Shown: piece by piece, positions 1-12,521 of the stretch | Layout of the letters: each line of letters opens with the position of its first letter | Numbering within the stretch: the stretch's first letter is position 1 | Origin: Felis catus | Taxonomy: Eukaryota | DNA: 64,000 nt | Direction of reading: 5' to 3' | Assembly (NCBI RefSeq): GCF_018350175.1 | Contig: NC_058369.1 | Location: forward strand, 26,414,001 to 26,478,000 | The notes under the pieces: model-generated | Seen by the model: only the letters and a program-made list of their open reading frames with translations | What the model was told of the DNA's origin: nothing | The model's database searches: none | Made by a program: the position numbers and the translations under genes

Positions 1-799
1 CTGAGGACAATATGGGTGCCAGGCTCACTTAGGGACAGCTCCTTCGGGCCTCAGAGCCTTTGCACCGGTCATTTTCTCTGCTAAAGTCAGCTGTCCTTCT
101 CCTCACCTGACTGTCCATGTCGACCCTTGGGGCCTGGCTGCCCTTCTCCACTCTGCCCAGCAGGCCGGTTGGGTGAACTTATCATCAGGTGGTTTCTCCC
201 TCCCCACCCCACCTCCATGGAGGGCAAGGCCAGAAGGTGCTCTGGCCTCAGGCCCGGCGTCCAGCCACGACCGAGTCTGAGGCAGAGACCCCCTTCCTTA
301 TTCTGCCATTCCTCTAATCCTATACCTCTCAACACTTAGAATCACAACTTGTCATTTTTTTGTCTACTGGCTGTTTCCTTGGGTCTTGTCTGTTTTCTCC
401 TCTCATTAGGACACCCTTCTGTCTTGGTGGCCGCTGTACACGGTCCGGGCCCCATACACGTTCGTGAAACAAGAGAAACAGCTGTAGGGATCCTAGGTCG
501 GAGGACACAGTGAAAACCGCCGGGGGCTGGGCTGATTCCAAACTGCGGGCGGAGGCGGGACGAAGAGGCGGGTTCTGGGCGGGGCCCAGGGTTTCAGAGG
601 CGGAGCCTCGGGGGCGGGACTGAGGCTTCGGGGCGGGCTTTCGGGACTGCGGCGGAGCCAGCCTGACCGCGCGGCCCAGGCTGAGTTCCTCTGGCCTCTT
701 GGTCCTCTGACCTCCCGCCCGCGCCGCCGGTAGGGGGCGCCCGCGCTCGTGGCGCCGCGGCTCTGCTGGGAAGGCGCCGCCCGCGCGGGGCGGCAGGAG

Positions 800-968
800 C
801 CGCAACTCCGGGCGCGGGCTCAGTCGTCCGCTCTGCCGCCGCCGCCGCCACTGCCGCCGCCGCCGCCGCCGCCGCCTCCGCCGCTGGGCGCAGGCTCGCT
901 TGTCCTCAGGCTCCCGCTCTCCGGCCGCCGGCGTCTCCCGGCCCGGCCGCCGCCGCCGCTGCCGCGCA
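800..968 (+). other. KCTD6: KCTD6 non-coding exon 1 (5' UTR); TSS position not determinable
   Basis: Consensus donor GCGCA|GTGAGT with GT at 969-970 inside the CpG island; 5' end is a guess. Confidence 0.65.
834..884 (+). repeat. Interrupted (GCC)n trinucleotide repeat in KCTD6 5' UTR
   Basis: gccgccgccgccgccactgccgccgccgccgccgccgccgcctccgccg seen directly. Confidence 0.9.
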
Positions 969-3900
969 GTGAGTGGGGGCGGGCCCAGAGCTTGGGGGCC
1001 CGGGGCTCGGGAGGGCCAGGCACAAGGAGAAGCCGGCGCGGAGCGGCCGGGGGAGCGGGGTTGAGGAGAATCCGGGCGGTGGCGGGGAGCCGGGCCGGCG
1101 CGCTCCGGGGCTGGCACGAACCCGCGGCGGGCTGCCCGCGGCCGAGCGGCCGGGCTGGGCGCAGATTCCCGGGCCCGCCCCGCGGGGACGTGCGGCTTCA
1201 GCGGACCCGCGTTCGCGACCTCGGGGCGCGCCCCCCCCCCCCCCCGCCAGGGCCCCGAGCATTTTGTGTCCCACACCGGGTTGGGGTGGGGGGACTTTGC
1301 CTGTGGGGCAACAGCGAAGCACGGCCCGGACGGGGACACCTCGAGTTTTGCGTGAAAATGATTGGTTTTTGGGGGGAGGGGGGTGGTGGCGCTTATTGGC
1401 CACCGTTTGCCCTAATTTAAAGGCTATGACAGGGCTTCTGAGCCCTGCCTTAGGGGGGTTTTCCGCCCCCAAAGACCCACTCTGCAGCTGAGTTCTTTAT
1501 GCTCAGATTTGTGTGTCTTGGTATTTTTAATGCTTGATGTCAGAGGTGATAAATGACCCTGGTAATGGGGAGCCCCTGAAGCACCTGCTGGGCTGACGGT
1601 GGTGGAGGTTGTGTCTAAGGGTGGGACGGGAGAAACGAAACAGAGATCCTCTTTGGATATTCTGCTGAAGTTATCATGTTTCTGTTCAAGTATAGGTGTT
1701 CTAGAACAAGTTGATAAATCCAATTTTAGGACTTTGTGGTCGAAGAGGTTTGAGCGGCAAACAGACCCGGGGTAACCTGGCTTAGCCAGGAATGTTGGGG
1801 TAGCCCGACTAGCTCCTCCTGTTTCCCCTTGGCATGTTTATTTATTTATTTATTTATTTGCTGTCACAAATGCTCAAGTGTGATCACAGAATAGGAAAGA
1901 AGCTAGGGGACAGCATTTAGCACAGGCCCGAGCCCAAGATTGATGTTTTCAAAGGAACAAATATGTAACGAGGAAAAGGAAAATCTTTTTATCTGTAAGG
2001 TTGGTAGTTTGAGACAACTTGCTCTCTGGTTGGGAACTACCAGCCCATACTAATAGTTCATTTGACGTAATGCCATAGATATTAAGGATTGAGTGGGGAG
2101 GACTGCCATATCTAAGATTTGTGTGATTGAAATTTTCACAAGTCATATTTTACCCATAGCCTTACTAAATAAAGGAACCCTAGGGTGAATCCTTCTACAG
2201 ATCCCTCAGTGTGTCTTGAATTTTGATATCGAGAGTCTGTTTAAAACGGAATGCACATATTTATTTGGTTTTGGCTTTACCTTGGAGATAATCCTGAGTC
2301 ATGCTTTAGAGAAGTTCCTTCTGTGATCAACAGCTCAGATGTCTGGTGGTCTCTATAAAAGCCAGACGCTCCTCTTTACCTGTAATTTTGTCTTCTGGAG
2401 GTCTGGAGAAAGGAGGACCCGGGGAGGTGGGAAGCAGATTAAGAGGCCTTCTCTTCCATGTTTGCCTTGTTTCCACACCAGGGCTCTAAATTACCTGTGT
2501 TCACACACCCAAGTTTCTCAATTTACCACAGAAATCTTGTTTATGCTACTGCCACTAGTATTTTCCCATTTGTTTAATACTTGCCAGTTTACAAATGGTG
2601 TTCTATTCATGCTCTTGCTTATTTTCTCCTTTTCTGCAAAGAAGAAGCTGGGTTTAAAGAGGGATTTATTCAGGGTCTCATAATTAGTAATGGAGCAGAA
2701 GTGGGATACAGATCCTCTCTGGGGAGCAGTTCTCTTTCCTCTGCACTGGCCTGCATGTGACTTCAGAACCCCTAGTCCTGATCTGTTACCCTGCGGGTCG
2801 GTTGTTGCCTTTCGGTTATGACTTGGTGGTAAAACTGTTTTGTGGAAGGCGGTATTATCCCATTTTATTTTGTAGAAACTGAGGGTAAGAGGTGTCTTCT
2901 GATTTTGTGACTATTTGCGATAGCTCTTTAGCTTTAAGGTCATGTTTTCAACGTAGAGCGCCTTTCCTGTAGACTGCATGGAGAGAGGAGAGAGAAGAAA
3001 CAATTCGTTTTAGGAAAAAACCATCTATTTCTGTGTTGGTATGGTTAAGGATAACCTAACACCATAATCACATTCTCCTTGTGTGCCTGGCTACTTGTGT
3101 CAGCCTGTATGTGAATGTCAACCCAAAAGACTCCTTTAGATGTTGCTGAACTAGTTACTATAAAAAGTATTTCACTTTCAAACACCCATGTTTCAAGAAC
3201 AGAGGAATTCCGTACAAAGGTAATTTTGAAGGTATGTGTAGATGGAATTTATTGGGTCTTTTCTGAATGCCAGACACAGAGATTTCAGTAGAAAGGCATT
3301 TTGTAAGGGCTATCTGGGAACTTTGGGTAGGCAGTAGTTATAGGTTTTTATTATTTATTCAAGTTTGGAGGTGTGTGTTCTGATGTGTAAGTTGTAATGT
3401 AGGAGTAGGACTTTTGCCTGGGAGAATTCTTAGTTGTAGTCTGTAGCAGAAATGATAAACTCAGAATGTTTATGTAAAATTAGTTCATCATAACCAAAAG
3501 CTTGATTGGAATTCTGCAGTGATGAGGAGAATGGCTTTCAGGAGTTCTTAGGTTATTCTTTAAGTTACTAACTTGTTGAATTGTGCATTTTTCAGATTTG
3601 CAACTTTAGAAAATTCTTAGCAATTTCTTTTAAGGCCTTTAAAAATTCTTCAGTATGTATTTTCCGTAGTTTAATTATCTGCTAACATTACACCTTCAGA
3701 ATTTACACATTAGTCATGATTAACCTTTGAAGCTTAAATGTGGGTGAATTTCCAGTACTGCTTCCGGTACCCCTCTCCCACTCACTCTCTCTCTCTCAAA
3801 ATAAATAAATAAACTTAAAAAAAAAAAGTCCCTGAGGATAATCTTAAAAAAAAAAAAGAATTTTGTTTGCACCTACAGTTAGATATTTTCAGGTGGGACT

Positions 3901-5690
3901 GATTTTTAAGGGCCAGAAACCTTTCTTTGAACTTTACAATTGTTTGGGCTTGGTTGCATTCATTGTTGTTTAAAATGATCTTTAGTAAGGAGAGTCACTT
4001 TAAAGGAAAATTTTTTTCATTGTTACCCTCATAATCTCCATTCCCGGCAAATATTCTGGAATATTAGATTTTTCTTTGTCTTCATCAAGTAAAACAGGCC
4101 CATTTGATGCCCATTTTAAGATCTTCCTTCTGCTGCCTGTCTTGTGGTCATTTAACTTCTCATTAAGCCCTCCACCGGAGATTGTGCCAGAAGGGGGAGA
4201 AGATGAAAAGCAAATGAATCATTTTCTAATAGTTAGCAGCTCTGAAAAAATGATTTAGTAGAAGGAATTGCCGCTATTCCAGAAATTCTTTCGGATTATG
4301 TTTTATTTCATTCATGTGTACTATCTCCGAGATGTTCCTAATAGTCATCGATTTAGAGGCTGATTGTGCAGTTATTGGGTGACCAGGAATCTAACTGCTT
4401 GTTTTGGCTTGTTTCTTGCTGTATCTAAGCATCTCCACAGAGAATGTTTAGAAGTAAGGAGTAGGGATAAAATTTAAACTTTATCAATACTATTTTTTTT
4501 TTTTTTCCCCTAGAGCTCTTTAGTGAACAGTTTGATTTTTTTGGACAGTTTAGTGATTGTTTTTGGAAGTGACTAATAATAACTTCATTTTATTTTGATG
4601 TATCTGCGTCTTATACACAAATGTAGGGAGACTTTTGGGTGCTTTTTAAGAAACATGGGTTTATATAGGTTCCCATAATTGCTTTCTTGAATAATTAGGC
4701 TTGAGGTTTCATTACTTCTTTGTATTGGAACAGAACCTTGGCTTTTGCTGTGGAACAGATTCAAAGGCATCATCTAATTTTCTTTTTATGATTGCTAAAG
4801 AGTTACCTTGTTTTGGTTTAGCAGTAAAAAGTCGGGGGAAAGGGTTAATAGTGGACAGACCTTGCACAACAGTTGTAACATTGATGATATCTGTTTTTTT
4901 CCTTTGTCTTTGGTCTCCCATTTCTCATTTAACCATTCGGGTATTCCTGGTTTAAAGTTCTTTACTTCACTTAAGACAGAGGACACCAGTCTTCAGTCAT
5001 GATAGTGAGTAGGTTCTTGTTATTTTTCCTCAGGGGAATTTTTACAAACCCATTGTGACTGCTCACTTAGACTCAGTTCCTAATAAATTTGTAAATAAAA
5101 TTTAGACACCTGTGAGGGTGTCTAAAATTAATCCTTTCAGCTTTTTGTTTCTTGGATTCAGTTCTTTTAAATTCCACCCAAAGAGGCGATTTATAGAAAG
5201 ATCTAGACTAGGAGTCAGAAAATCTAAGTTTTTAGTTACTTTCCAACTGTGGAAACTTGAGAAAGTCATTTAATCTGTTTCTCTATTTTGCATCTCTAAA
5301 ATAGGTACAGTAATTCATGCACTACTTAATTGTATCAAGAATGTTGTGGGAGAAAAAGTTCTACCTCTTTTTATTTAAATTGTTTCTTCACATTGGAATC
5401 CCTTCTCTAAGGTTGTCCAAATATTCCTGCAGAGTTCTACTGAGTGAGCTCTTCCTGAAGTCCTCCCATTTGGAAGTGTTCTTGCTCTTTCTTCCCAAAG
5501 GCCTCTGCTAGTCCATCCATTATGTAGCACTTCTGAATTCTCTACAGTTGTTGCATGTTGCCTTTCTTCACAGATAGAAAGCTCCATGAAGGCAAGGATT
5601 GTATCTTCCCTATTTCTGTGTATCCTCATTGCACACTCCCCGCCCCCCCACCCCGCAGGGGACCTATAATAAATGTCTCAGTTGACTGAA

Positions 5691-5741
5691 TTATTTTTTA
5701 AAATGTTTATTTATTTCGAGAGAGAGCAACAGTAGAGGAGG

Positions 5742-5803
<62 letters not shown>

Positions 5804-5926
5804 ATATATCCCAAGCAGGCTCTGTGCTGTCAGTGCAGTGCAGAGCCTTATGTGGGGCTTGAACCCACAAACTATGAGATCATGACCTGAGTTGTATGCT
5901 TAACCAGCTGAGCCACCCAGGTGCCC
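5691..5926 (-). mobile_element. CAN-SINE with expanded (GA)n
   Basis: Reverse of GGGCACCTGGGTGGCTCAG...(CT)n-AATAAA-polyA architecture. Confidence 0.9.
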
Positions 5927-6043
5927 TGACTCATCTATTTTTGAGGCTGTCAGGAATAAATACTCTGGGTGATGGGAAGATGCCAGAGATGAGCCTGTTA
6001 TCAGAACTTTTGGATGACTGGCCTTTTAAATCACTTCATTACT

Positions 6044-6250
6044 GGAGGGCCTGGATGGCTTAGTCAGTTGAGCGTCTGGCTCAAGTCATGATATCATGGT
6101 TCCTGAGATCAAGCGCCGATTGGGCTCTGGGCTGCATAGTGCAGAGCCTGCTTGGGATTCTCTCTACCCCTAGCTTACTACTCCCGCCCCTCCCCCCCCC
6201 CCCCCGGACTCTTTCTCTCTCTCTCAAAATAAATAAACATTAAAAAAAAT
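6044..6250 (+). mobile_element. CAN-SINE
   Basis: tRNA-like head, CT-rich segment, aaataaataaacattaaaa tail; head-to-head with the previous SINE. Confidence 0.88.
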
Positions 6251-7726
6251 AAAATCAGTTATTGCTCTGTCCACTGTATCATGTACTGAATCGGATGCAC
6301 ATAATGTAAATTGGTAAAGCCTGTTTTCTTGTTTCTATTTACTTCAAGTGCTGTGAAGCAAGTCAGAGGAATGAAAAGTTGTCACAACAGCCCTGAATTT
6401 GACATTTGTTCCATTTCTCACCCTGTAGCATGTGGAGGCCTATCTCTATCCAACTGCTGAGTATGGAGAATAAAACCTGACTGCACGTTGTCTGGTCCAC
6501 ATTTTAGCTTGTTTTCTTTGAAGAATGTGCAAGGTGGAAAAATAGATGCTTCAGGCTCTGATTTCAGCCCATGCTGTGCTATGCAAATGTTCTCTACATG
6601 CCTGAGTGACCTTTTTGAGAAAGAGCCTTTGTAATCTTCTGCAGCCAGGGCCTGTTCTGGGAATAGTGTGCCAGATTTCTCTAAAAGTGGGAAAAGTGAA
6701 TCTGTTCAAAGACCATATTAAAAAGCCAGTGCTTTTCCTGGATAAATAACCGATAAGTTCGTGTTTCTGTCTCTTGCCAGAGCTTTTGAAATTTGCTCTG
6801 CAGTTTGTTTTGCCGGTTGATTTGGAGAATGATGTATGTGAGAGGGGACTGACTGAACCAATTCCATAGTTGGGAAAGTGTTTAAGTGCTTTTGAATTGT
6901 GGATAAAAATAAATTCAAACAGGCATCATTAGTGTCTGGGTGTTTATCAATGTCTTCAGGCTGCCTCTCGGTAAGTGCCGGCTGAGTAACTCGCAACCAG
7001 ATTTGTGAGGTTCTTTTTGTCCCAAATTGTGCTCTAATGATTTGGCATTTACATTGTTTTCTGTTTGTTTTATTATTGTACCGAATGAAATATATCATTA
7101 TTAAAAGTATAATTAATTGTTTTAATGTTGTAAAAGAAATACCATTCTGATATATTTCTCTTGGACTGATACTGGTGTCACTTGAAGTCTTGGAGGTTCA
7201 TGACTTTTAATACTTTTGCTGAGATGTTTAGTTTGTATAGCTGGATAGTTTGTATAGTTTGCCTAATGGATGAAAAAGAATTTTCTCTTTCTCCCTTTCT
7301 CTTAAACCAGCTTTTTGATAAGGATCATTATAGGTTTGCACCAGAATAAGGCTGTAGAGTTAATCGTAATGTTCTCCTGTAGAAATTCTAAAAATTGAAT
7401 TTTCAGAGCGCGTAGGTAGAATTTGAATGACTGGTTTACTAACTAGGCTCTTCCTCCTTCCCTAAGCATAGGATAATTTTTTTCTCTAAAGATGGTCAAT
7501 CTCTTAGGTATGAGTAGAAGTTCCAAAGGAATGCTTTCTTCTCCAGATCTTTGCCCTATAGCTGGTTTTGGTTGAGGAAAGATGAATAGTTCTCTGGTGG
7601 TTGGCCTGCTCTGTTGGGTGGAAAAATCCTTCGCTGTTTTCATGGTTAAATGCTCTATCATATGTCTTTTTCTCTTCCCCAAGTTTCCCTGGAACCTGGG
7701 CTCCCTGAGACGCAGCGCTGGAGCAG

Positions 7727-7753
7727 ATGGATAATGGAGACTGGGGCTATATG
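7727..7753 (+). CDS. KCTD6: KCTD6 exon 2 coding part (exon 7684..7753)
   Basis: Acceptor ttttctcttccccaag|7684; ATG GAT AAT GGA GAC TGG GGC TAT ATG|GTGAGA. Confidence 0.93.
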
Positions 7754-9953
7754 GTGAGAGGCTTTTGCAGATGCGTTTTGAAGGCTGGCAAATAATTTTT
7801 GTGTATCTTTTCCTTCTTCTGTATTCTTAGGTATAACACATCTTATAAGAATGAAAATTGTAAATTAGTGCAACACCCCCTCCCCCCTTAATTAGTTTAG
7901 ATTATTTTGGGGGTGTTTTTGTTTAGTTTGGTGTTTTTATGTAGGCAAAGTCAGTATGAACTCTCCAGGTCACTTTTTATAATCACTTGAGAAAGCTCAT
8001 CATCATGAGCTTAGTTTAAGGACCTTTTGGTCTTTAAAGTATGTTGTTCTTAAAACTCTTCCTTTGTAGAGTAGTGACTATTAAAATAGTCAAGTAGGTA
8101 ATGGTATAGAGGATATTTTCTTGTGTTAGGGAAGTTAAAGGTGGAGAATGTGCCACTTCTCCTATCTGTATTTTCTTGATGTGCATGTCTTCCAATTTTT
8201 GTTTTCCTTTGGTAAGAAATATTTCACTTGCCTGGTACCTGAAGTCTCTCTGTCTTTATTTTTATTTTCTTTTTTTCTTTTTTTTTTTTTTTTTTAAATT
8301 TTTTTTCAACGTTTATTTATTTTTGGGACAGAGAGAGACAGAGCATGAATGGGGGAGGGGCAGAGAGAGAGGGAGACACAGAATCGGAAACAGGCTCCAG
8401 GCTCTGAGCCATCAGCCCAGAGCCTGACACGGGGCTCGAACTCATGGACCGCGAGATCGTGACCTGGCTGAAGTCGGACGCTTAACCGACTGCGCCACCC
8501 AGGTGCCCCTATTTTATTTTTTTCTTAAATATAATTTCTAAAATGGAAGGTATGTATTATTTAGAGAAGCTGGTAAAGGTCAGATTGCAATGTTAATGTA
8601 CAAAAGTGAATATGCTATCAGGTTATAAAATTTGAAAGCTGCCTTTTGAATATATGAGATTGTGTTGACTAAACTGTATTCTAATTTAGTATTTGGCACT
8701 GTTATTTCCATGGCTAAATTATAAAGATTAGGACTGCACAAATTTTTATTTTTAAAATGTTACAATTTCTTCTTTTTTGAGTGGGAAAAACAAAGTAAGT
8801 ATTTAAAGTAGGTATCTTTATATTATCAAGTCATTTTTATTATGTGTTAAATTGAGTTAAAATAAAGAAAATCTCTCTTTTTTTTAATCAGAAAAAAATG
8901 AGTATATTTCAGTTTGGCCTTTCTCTTCCCATAGTCTGGTTTGACCTAAAAACTTCTCTGTAGATACTGGGCCTGAAAGTAAATGGCTTTGGAAGTCATT
9001 TTTAGGGTAAGGCGTCATTACCGTCCATTTTTAGGGTAAGGCTTTAATGAATTAGATTTAGCCTTTTCCTACTGAAAAAAAAAGTTAGATCCCTTTATCT
9101 GGGTAGGTTTATCATTAACAGTAAAGCTGTTTTGCGTTATAGGATTGCTAAGTACATTATAGCCTGAAGGAATCTTTTGCTTTGCTTGTTACCATTAATT
9201 TTCTTAATTTGTCAAAGTTAAGATTTAAGAAATTTCAGATGACTGATCATTTTTTAAAAATTTCAGATGACTGACCCAGTCACGTTAAATGTAGGTGGAC
9301 ACTTGTATACCACGTCTCTCACTACATTGACGCGTTACCCGGATTCTATGCTTGGAGCTATGTTTGGGGGGGACTTCCCCACAGCTCGGGACCCTCAAGG
9401 CAATTACTTCATTGACCGAGACGGACCTCTTTTCCGATATGTCCTCAATTTCTTAAGAACTTCAGAGTTGACCTTACCCCTGGATTTTAAGGAATTTGAT
9501 CTGCTTCGGAAAGAAGCAGATTTTTATCAGATTGAGCCCCTGATTCAGTGTCTCAATGACCCTAAGCCTTTGTATCCTATGGATACTTTTGAAGAAGTTG
9601 TGGAGTTATCTAGTACTCGGAAGCTTTCTAAGTACTCCAATCCAGTAGCTGTCATCATAACTCAATTAACCATCACCACCAAGGTCCATTCCTTACTAGA
9701 AGGTATCTCAAACTATTTTACGAAGTGGAATAAGCACATGATGGACACCAGAGATTGCCAGGTTTCCTTTACTTTTGGACCCTGTGATTATCACCAGGAA
9801 GTTTCTCTCCGGGTCCATCTGATGGAATACATCACAAAACAAGGTTTCACGATCCGCAACACCCGAGTGCATCACATGAGTGAGCGGGCCAATGAGAACA
9901 CAGTGGAGCACAACTGGACTTTCTGTCGGCTGGCCCGGAAGACCGATGACTGA
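7727..9953 (+). CDS. KCTD6: KCTD6, BTB/POZ (T1-type) domain protein, 237 aa; join(7727..7753,9267..9953)
   Basis: MDNGDWGYM (exon 2) spliced in phase 0 to MTDPVTLNVGGHLYTTSLTTLTRYPDSMLGAMF...FIDRDGPLFRYVLNFLR...RLARKTDD*; canonical GT-AG; matches recalled KCTD6 sequence and KCTD6-ACOX2-FAM107A synteny. Confidence 0.97.
8270..8509 (-). mobile_element. Young felid SINEC_Fc in KCTD6 intron 2
   Basis: Near-consensus with retained CpGs (gaccgcgagatcgtgacctggctgaagtcggacgcttaaccgactgcgccacccagg) and a long poly(T). Confidence 0.93.
9267..9953 (+). CDS. KCTD6: KCTD6 exon 3 coding part (BTB domain and C-terminus)
   Basis: tttcag|ATGACTGAC; 228-codon ORF with the KCTD BTB motifs LNVGG and FIDRDG. 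Confidence 0.97.
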   Translation: MTDPVTLNVGGHLYTTSLTTLTRYPDSMLGAMFGGDFPTARDPQGNYFIDRDGPLFRYVLNFLRTSELTLPLDFKEFDLLRKEADFYQIEPLIQCLNDPKPLYPMDTFEEVVELSSTRKLSKYSNPVAVIITQLTITTKVHSLLEGISNYFTKWNKHMMDTRDCQVSFTFGPCDYHQEVSLRVHLMEYITKQGFTIRNTRVHHMSERANENTVEHNWTFCRLARKTDD

Positions 9954-10665
9954 TCTCTAAGCCTGGGAGAAGTTCCTGGAAACTGACTCTCCAGGACATG
10001 GAAGAGACTGATTTTTTTTTTTTTTTTTTAATCACAGTGTGGGAATTTTTTTTAAATATTTGTATTTATTTGAAGGCATTGAGGACCAGAAGGAAGTTTT
10101 GTGCTTTAGCAGACTCCTCTATGTTTTGTTCCCTTTACCTTGAGTATGCATGTGCCTGTTCAGAGCCTCCAGATACCTTTTTTATAAAAAGAAGTATGAA
10201 AATCATTATGGTATATAATCTACTCTTAACAGAGCTTTTTTTTTTTTTATTACAGTGCTACAATGATTTCTGATTAAATGGTCCCTAACTTAACTAGAAG
10301 GCTAAAAATGCAGGCATGAAAGAATAAACAGAGTACTCATGATGCCTTTGAGAAAAATCAAAACATCATGTAGGGTGACCTAGTTTCCAGACCAATAAGC
10401 AGTATTGTAATATTAAAGGAAAACTGTTCCAATCATTTAAAAGTACTTGTTAAGTACTGCTTTTTACAGTTATGACAACTGTTTCTTTCTATGCATATAA
10501 ATCAAGCAACCAAATATCTGTAGCCATGGAAATGTCTGACTAGAAATATTTATATTGGATTCTGAATACAAAATGTCCCTGTGGTAGAACTCTTACTTCT
10601 TATGCCTGGTGCAGTATAATTCCCAAGTGTACTGTCTACCAGGAAAAAAAAAAAAAAAAAAAACT

Positions 10666-10671
10666 AATAAA
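10666..10671 (+). terminator. KCTD6: Probable KCTD6 polyadenylation signal AATAAA
   Basis: AATAAA ~710 nt after the stop, followed by GT/T-rich sequence (ggtttgtatttgttgatt); a second AATAAA lies at 10323-10328. Confidence 0.65.
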
Positions 10672-11341
10672 AAATGAAATATGAAAATTAGGTTTGTATT
10701 TGTTGATTATTGTTACTTAAGGGGGGAATATTATATTCCTTGTGTAAAGTACACATTATTTGGTTTATGTCGCAGTGTATATACTGCCTGTAGCACATTT
10801 GTATTTGACTCAAGAGGATTCTGTAGAACCTTAGGATGCAGTCTACAGAACTCTACTGTGTTACTGGAGCAGGAATGGATGGAATTAGTAGTTTTATCTA
10901 AAATAATGCATACTTGAACAGTGAGCATAATAGTTTGATAAATTTTCTCAAGTAGGACTTAGGTTGAAGATTATAGATTTTTCTTCAGTAAGCCACCAAT
11001 TGTCAGCACTGAATATGACCCTTATTCTAGCTTCGTACTGAGCACAGGGACAGATTGCCTCTTTAGCCACTTTATTCTCATAGCGTTATAGTGGCCCACA
11101 AATATATTTTATTATTACAGTTAAGTCCGTTTCTGAGGAGAAAAACTGCAGTGAGTGGAGACTCTGGAGCAGTTGGAGATACGTATGTACTTTTATTTAT
11201 TTCACTCTAGTTTTATTTTGAATAGTTGATTTGATTGTCTTTCTTGGAGGTTATAGGAAGGATTAGTTTAGCTACAGCGTGACTTCCTAGTTTACCAGAA
11301 CACCTTATAAAAGAAATCCTGTAATTTCTTCCCTGTTTCCC

Positions 11342-11415
11342 TTTTTTTTTTAATTTTTTAAATTATTATTTTAGAGAGAGAGAGAGAGCGTGAGCAGAGG
11401 AGGGAGGCAGAGGGG

Positions 11416-11471
<56 letters not shown>

Positions 11472-11583
11472 TCAGGCAGGAACGTGGAGCCCAATGCGGG
11501 GCTTGATCCCACAACCACAGGATTGTGACCTGAGCTGAAATCAAGAGTCAGATGCTCAACTGACTGAGCCGCCCAGGCACCCC
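11342..11583 (-). mobile_element. CAN-SINE with (GA)n
   Basis: Typical reverse-strand CAN-SINE. Confidence 0.9.
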
Positions 11584-12324
11584 TTTCCTATTTTCTAGGG
11601 GAAGTATGGAGTTCTGAGGCTGTGTGCCCTCGAGTAGGGTCCTCCTTACGTCCTCTTTATGAGAACATTCTGAGATTCTGTCCCTAAGAGGATGAAAATA
11701 CTTACCTATATCCATTTTTGCCCGTGTCTCTCTGAAAATTTATTTTAAGATTTGACAAATGACCAACATCCAGAAACCTATAATTACCCCTTTTCACCAT
11801 CTTCAGCTAAACTGTCTTCAGTCTGATATCTCTTCATGTTATTGGCAGGTTGCTGTGGTTCCAGTAAATGTGCTAGGATGAGGTTATCTTTTTAGAAAAT
11901 TGTCTCATACTTCAAACTGATTAGAGGTTACCTAAAAAAACATATTCAGCCACTTATGTGTTGTTGAGTTAGCTGAGGTAAATGCAAGACAATGATTTGA
12001 ATTGAAAATAGATATAGAAATGGGAATAATATTAGTTGTTCCAGGATTTCAAAAGTTTAAAACTTACGAGGTTTCTTCCGTGACCATTTTACTGGGGAGA
12101 AGTTTGTTTTTGATAAAATTTCTCAGATTTGTTAATTATTAACAACTGAATGATTATTTTTATGAATAAATTAGAGAAAGTAGCCAGCTGAGATTTTTTG
12201 CAATTTTATGTGTCTGGTGGCATTTAATTTTGATTGTTTTATTTACTTGGGCAACATGAAAAATGTAGTTTGATTATATTTGGGTAATTTGAGACAATTA
12301 TATCTTCTTTTGGGAAATTAAAAA

Positions 12325-12521
12325 TTTTTTCTAATGTTTATTTTTGAGAGAGACAGAGTGTGAGTGGGGGAGGGGCAGAGAGCAAGGGAGACACAGAATT
12401 CGAAGCAGGCTCCAGGCTCAGCTGTCAGCACAGCCTGACGTGAGGCTCGAACTCACGAACTGTGAGATCATGACCTGAGCCAAAGTCAGAAGCTTAACTG
12501 ACTGAGCCACCCAGGCTCCCC
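12325..12521 (-). mobile_element. CAN-SINE
   Basis: Typical reverse-strand CAN-SINE. Confidence 0.9.

Larger units (their letters stand above)
540..1400. promoter_or_regulatory. KCTD6: CpG island / KCTD6 promoter with GC boxes
   Basis: Very GC- and CpG-rich stretch with Sp1-type GGGCGG boxes (e.g. 577-585, 611-620); contains the first donor site; lies upstream of KCTD6 coding exons. Boundaries approximate. Confidence 0.9.

Noticed and set aside
329..1491. Long overlapping ORFs (336, 223, 188, 172 aa) on both strands
   Set aside because: Low-complexity R/G/P/A-rich translations caused by stop-codon scarcity in the CpG island; no recognisable domain.
9267..9953. KCTD6 ORF as an intronless retrocopy, with the A-run at 10644-10663 as a polyA remnant
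   Set aside because: An upstream coding exon, a CpG-island first exon and synteny with ACOX2/FAM107A show this is the parent gene; the A-run precedes the AATAAA and is genomic.
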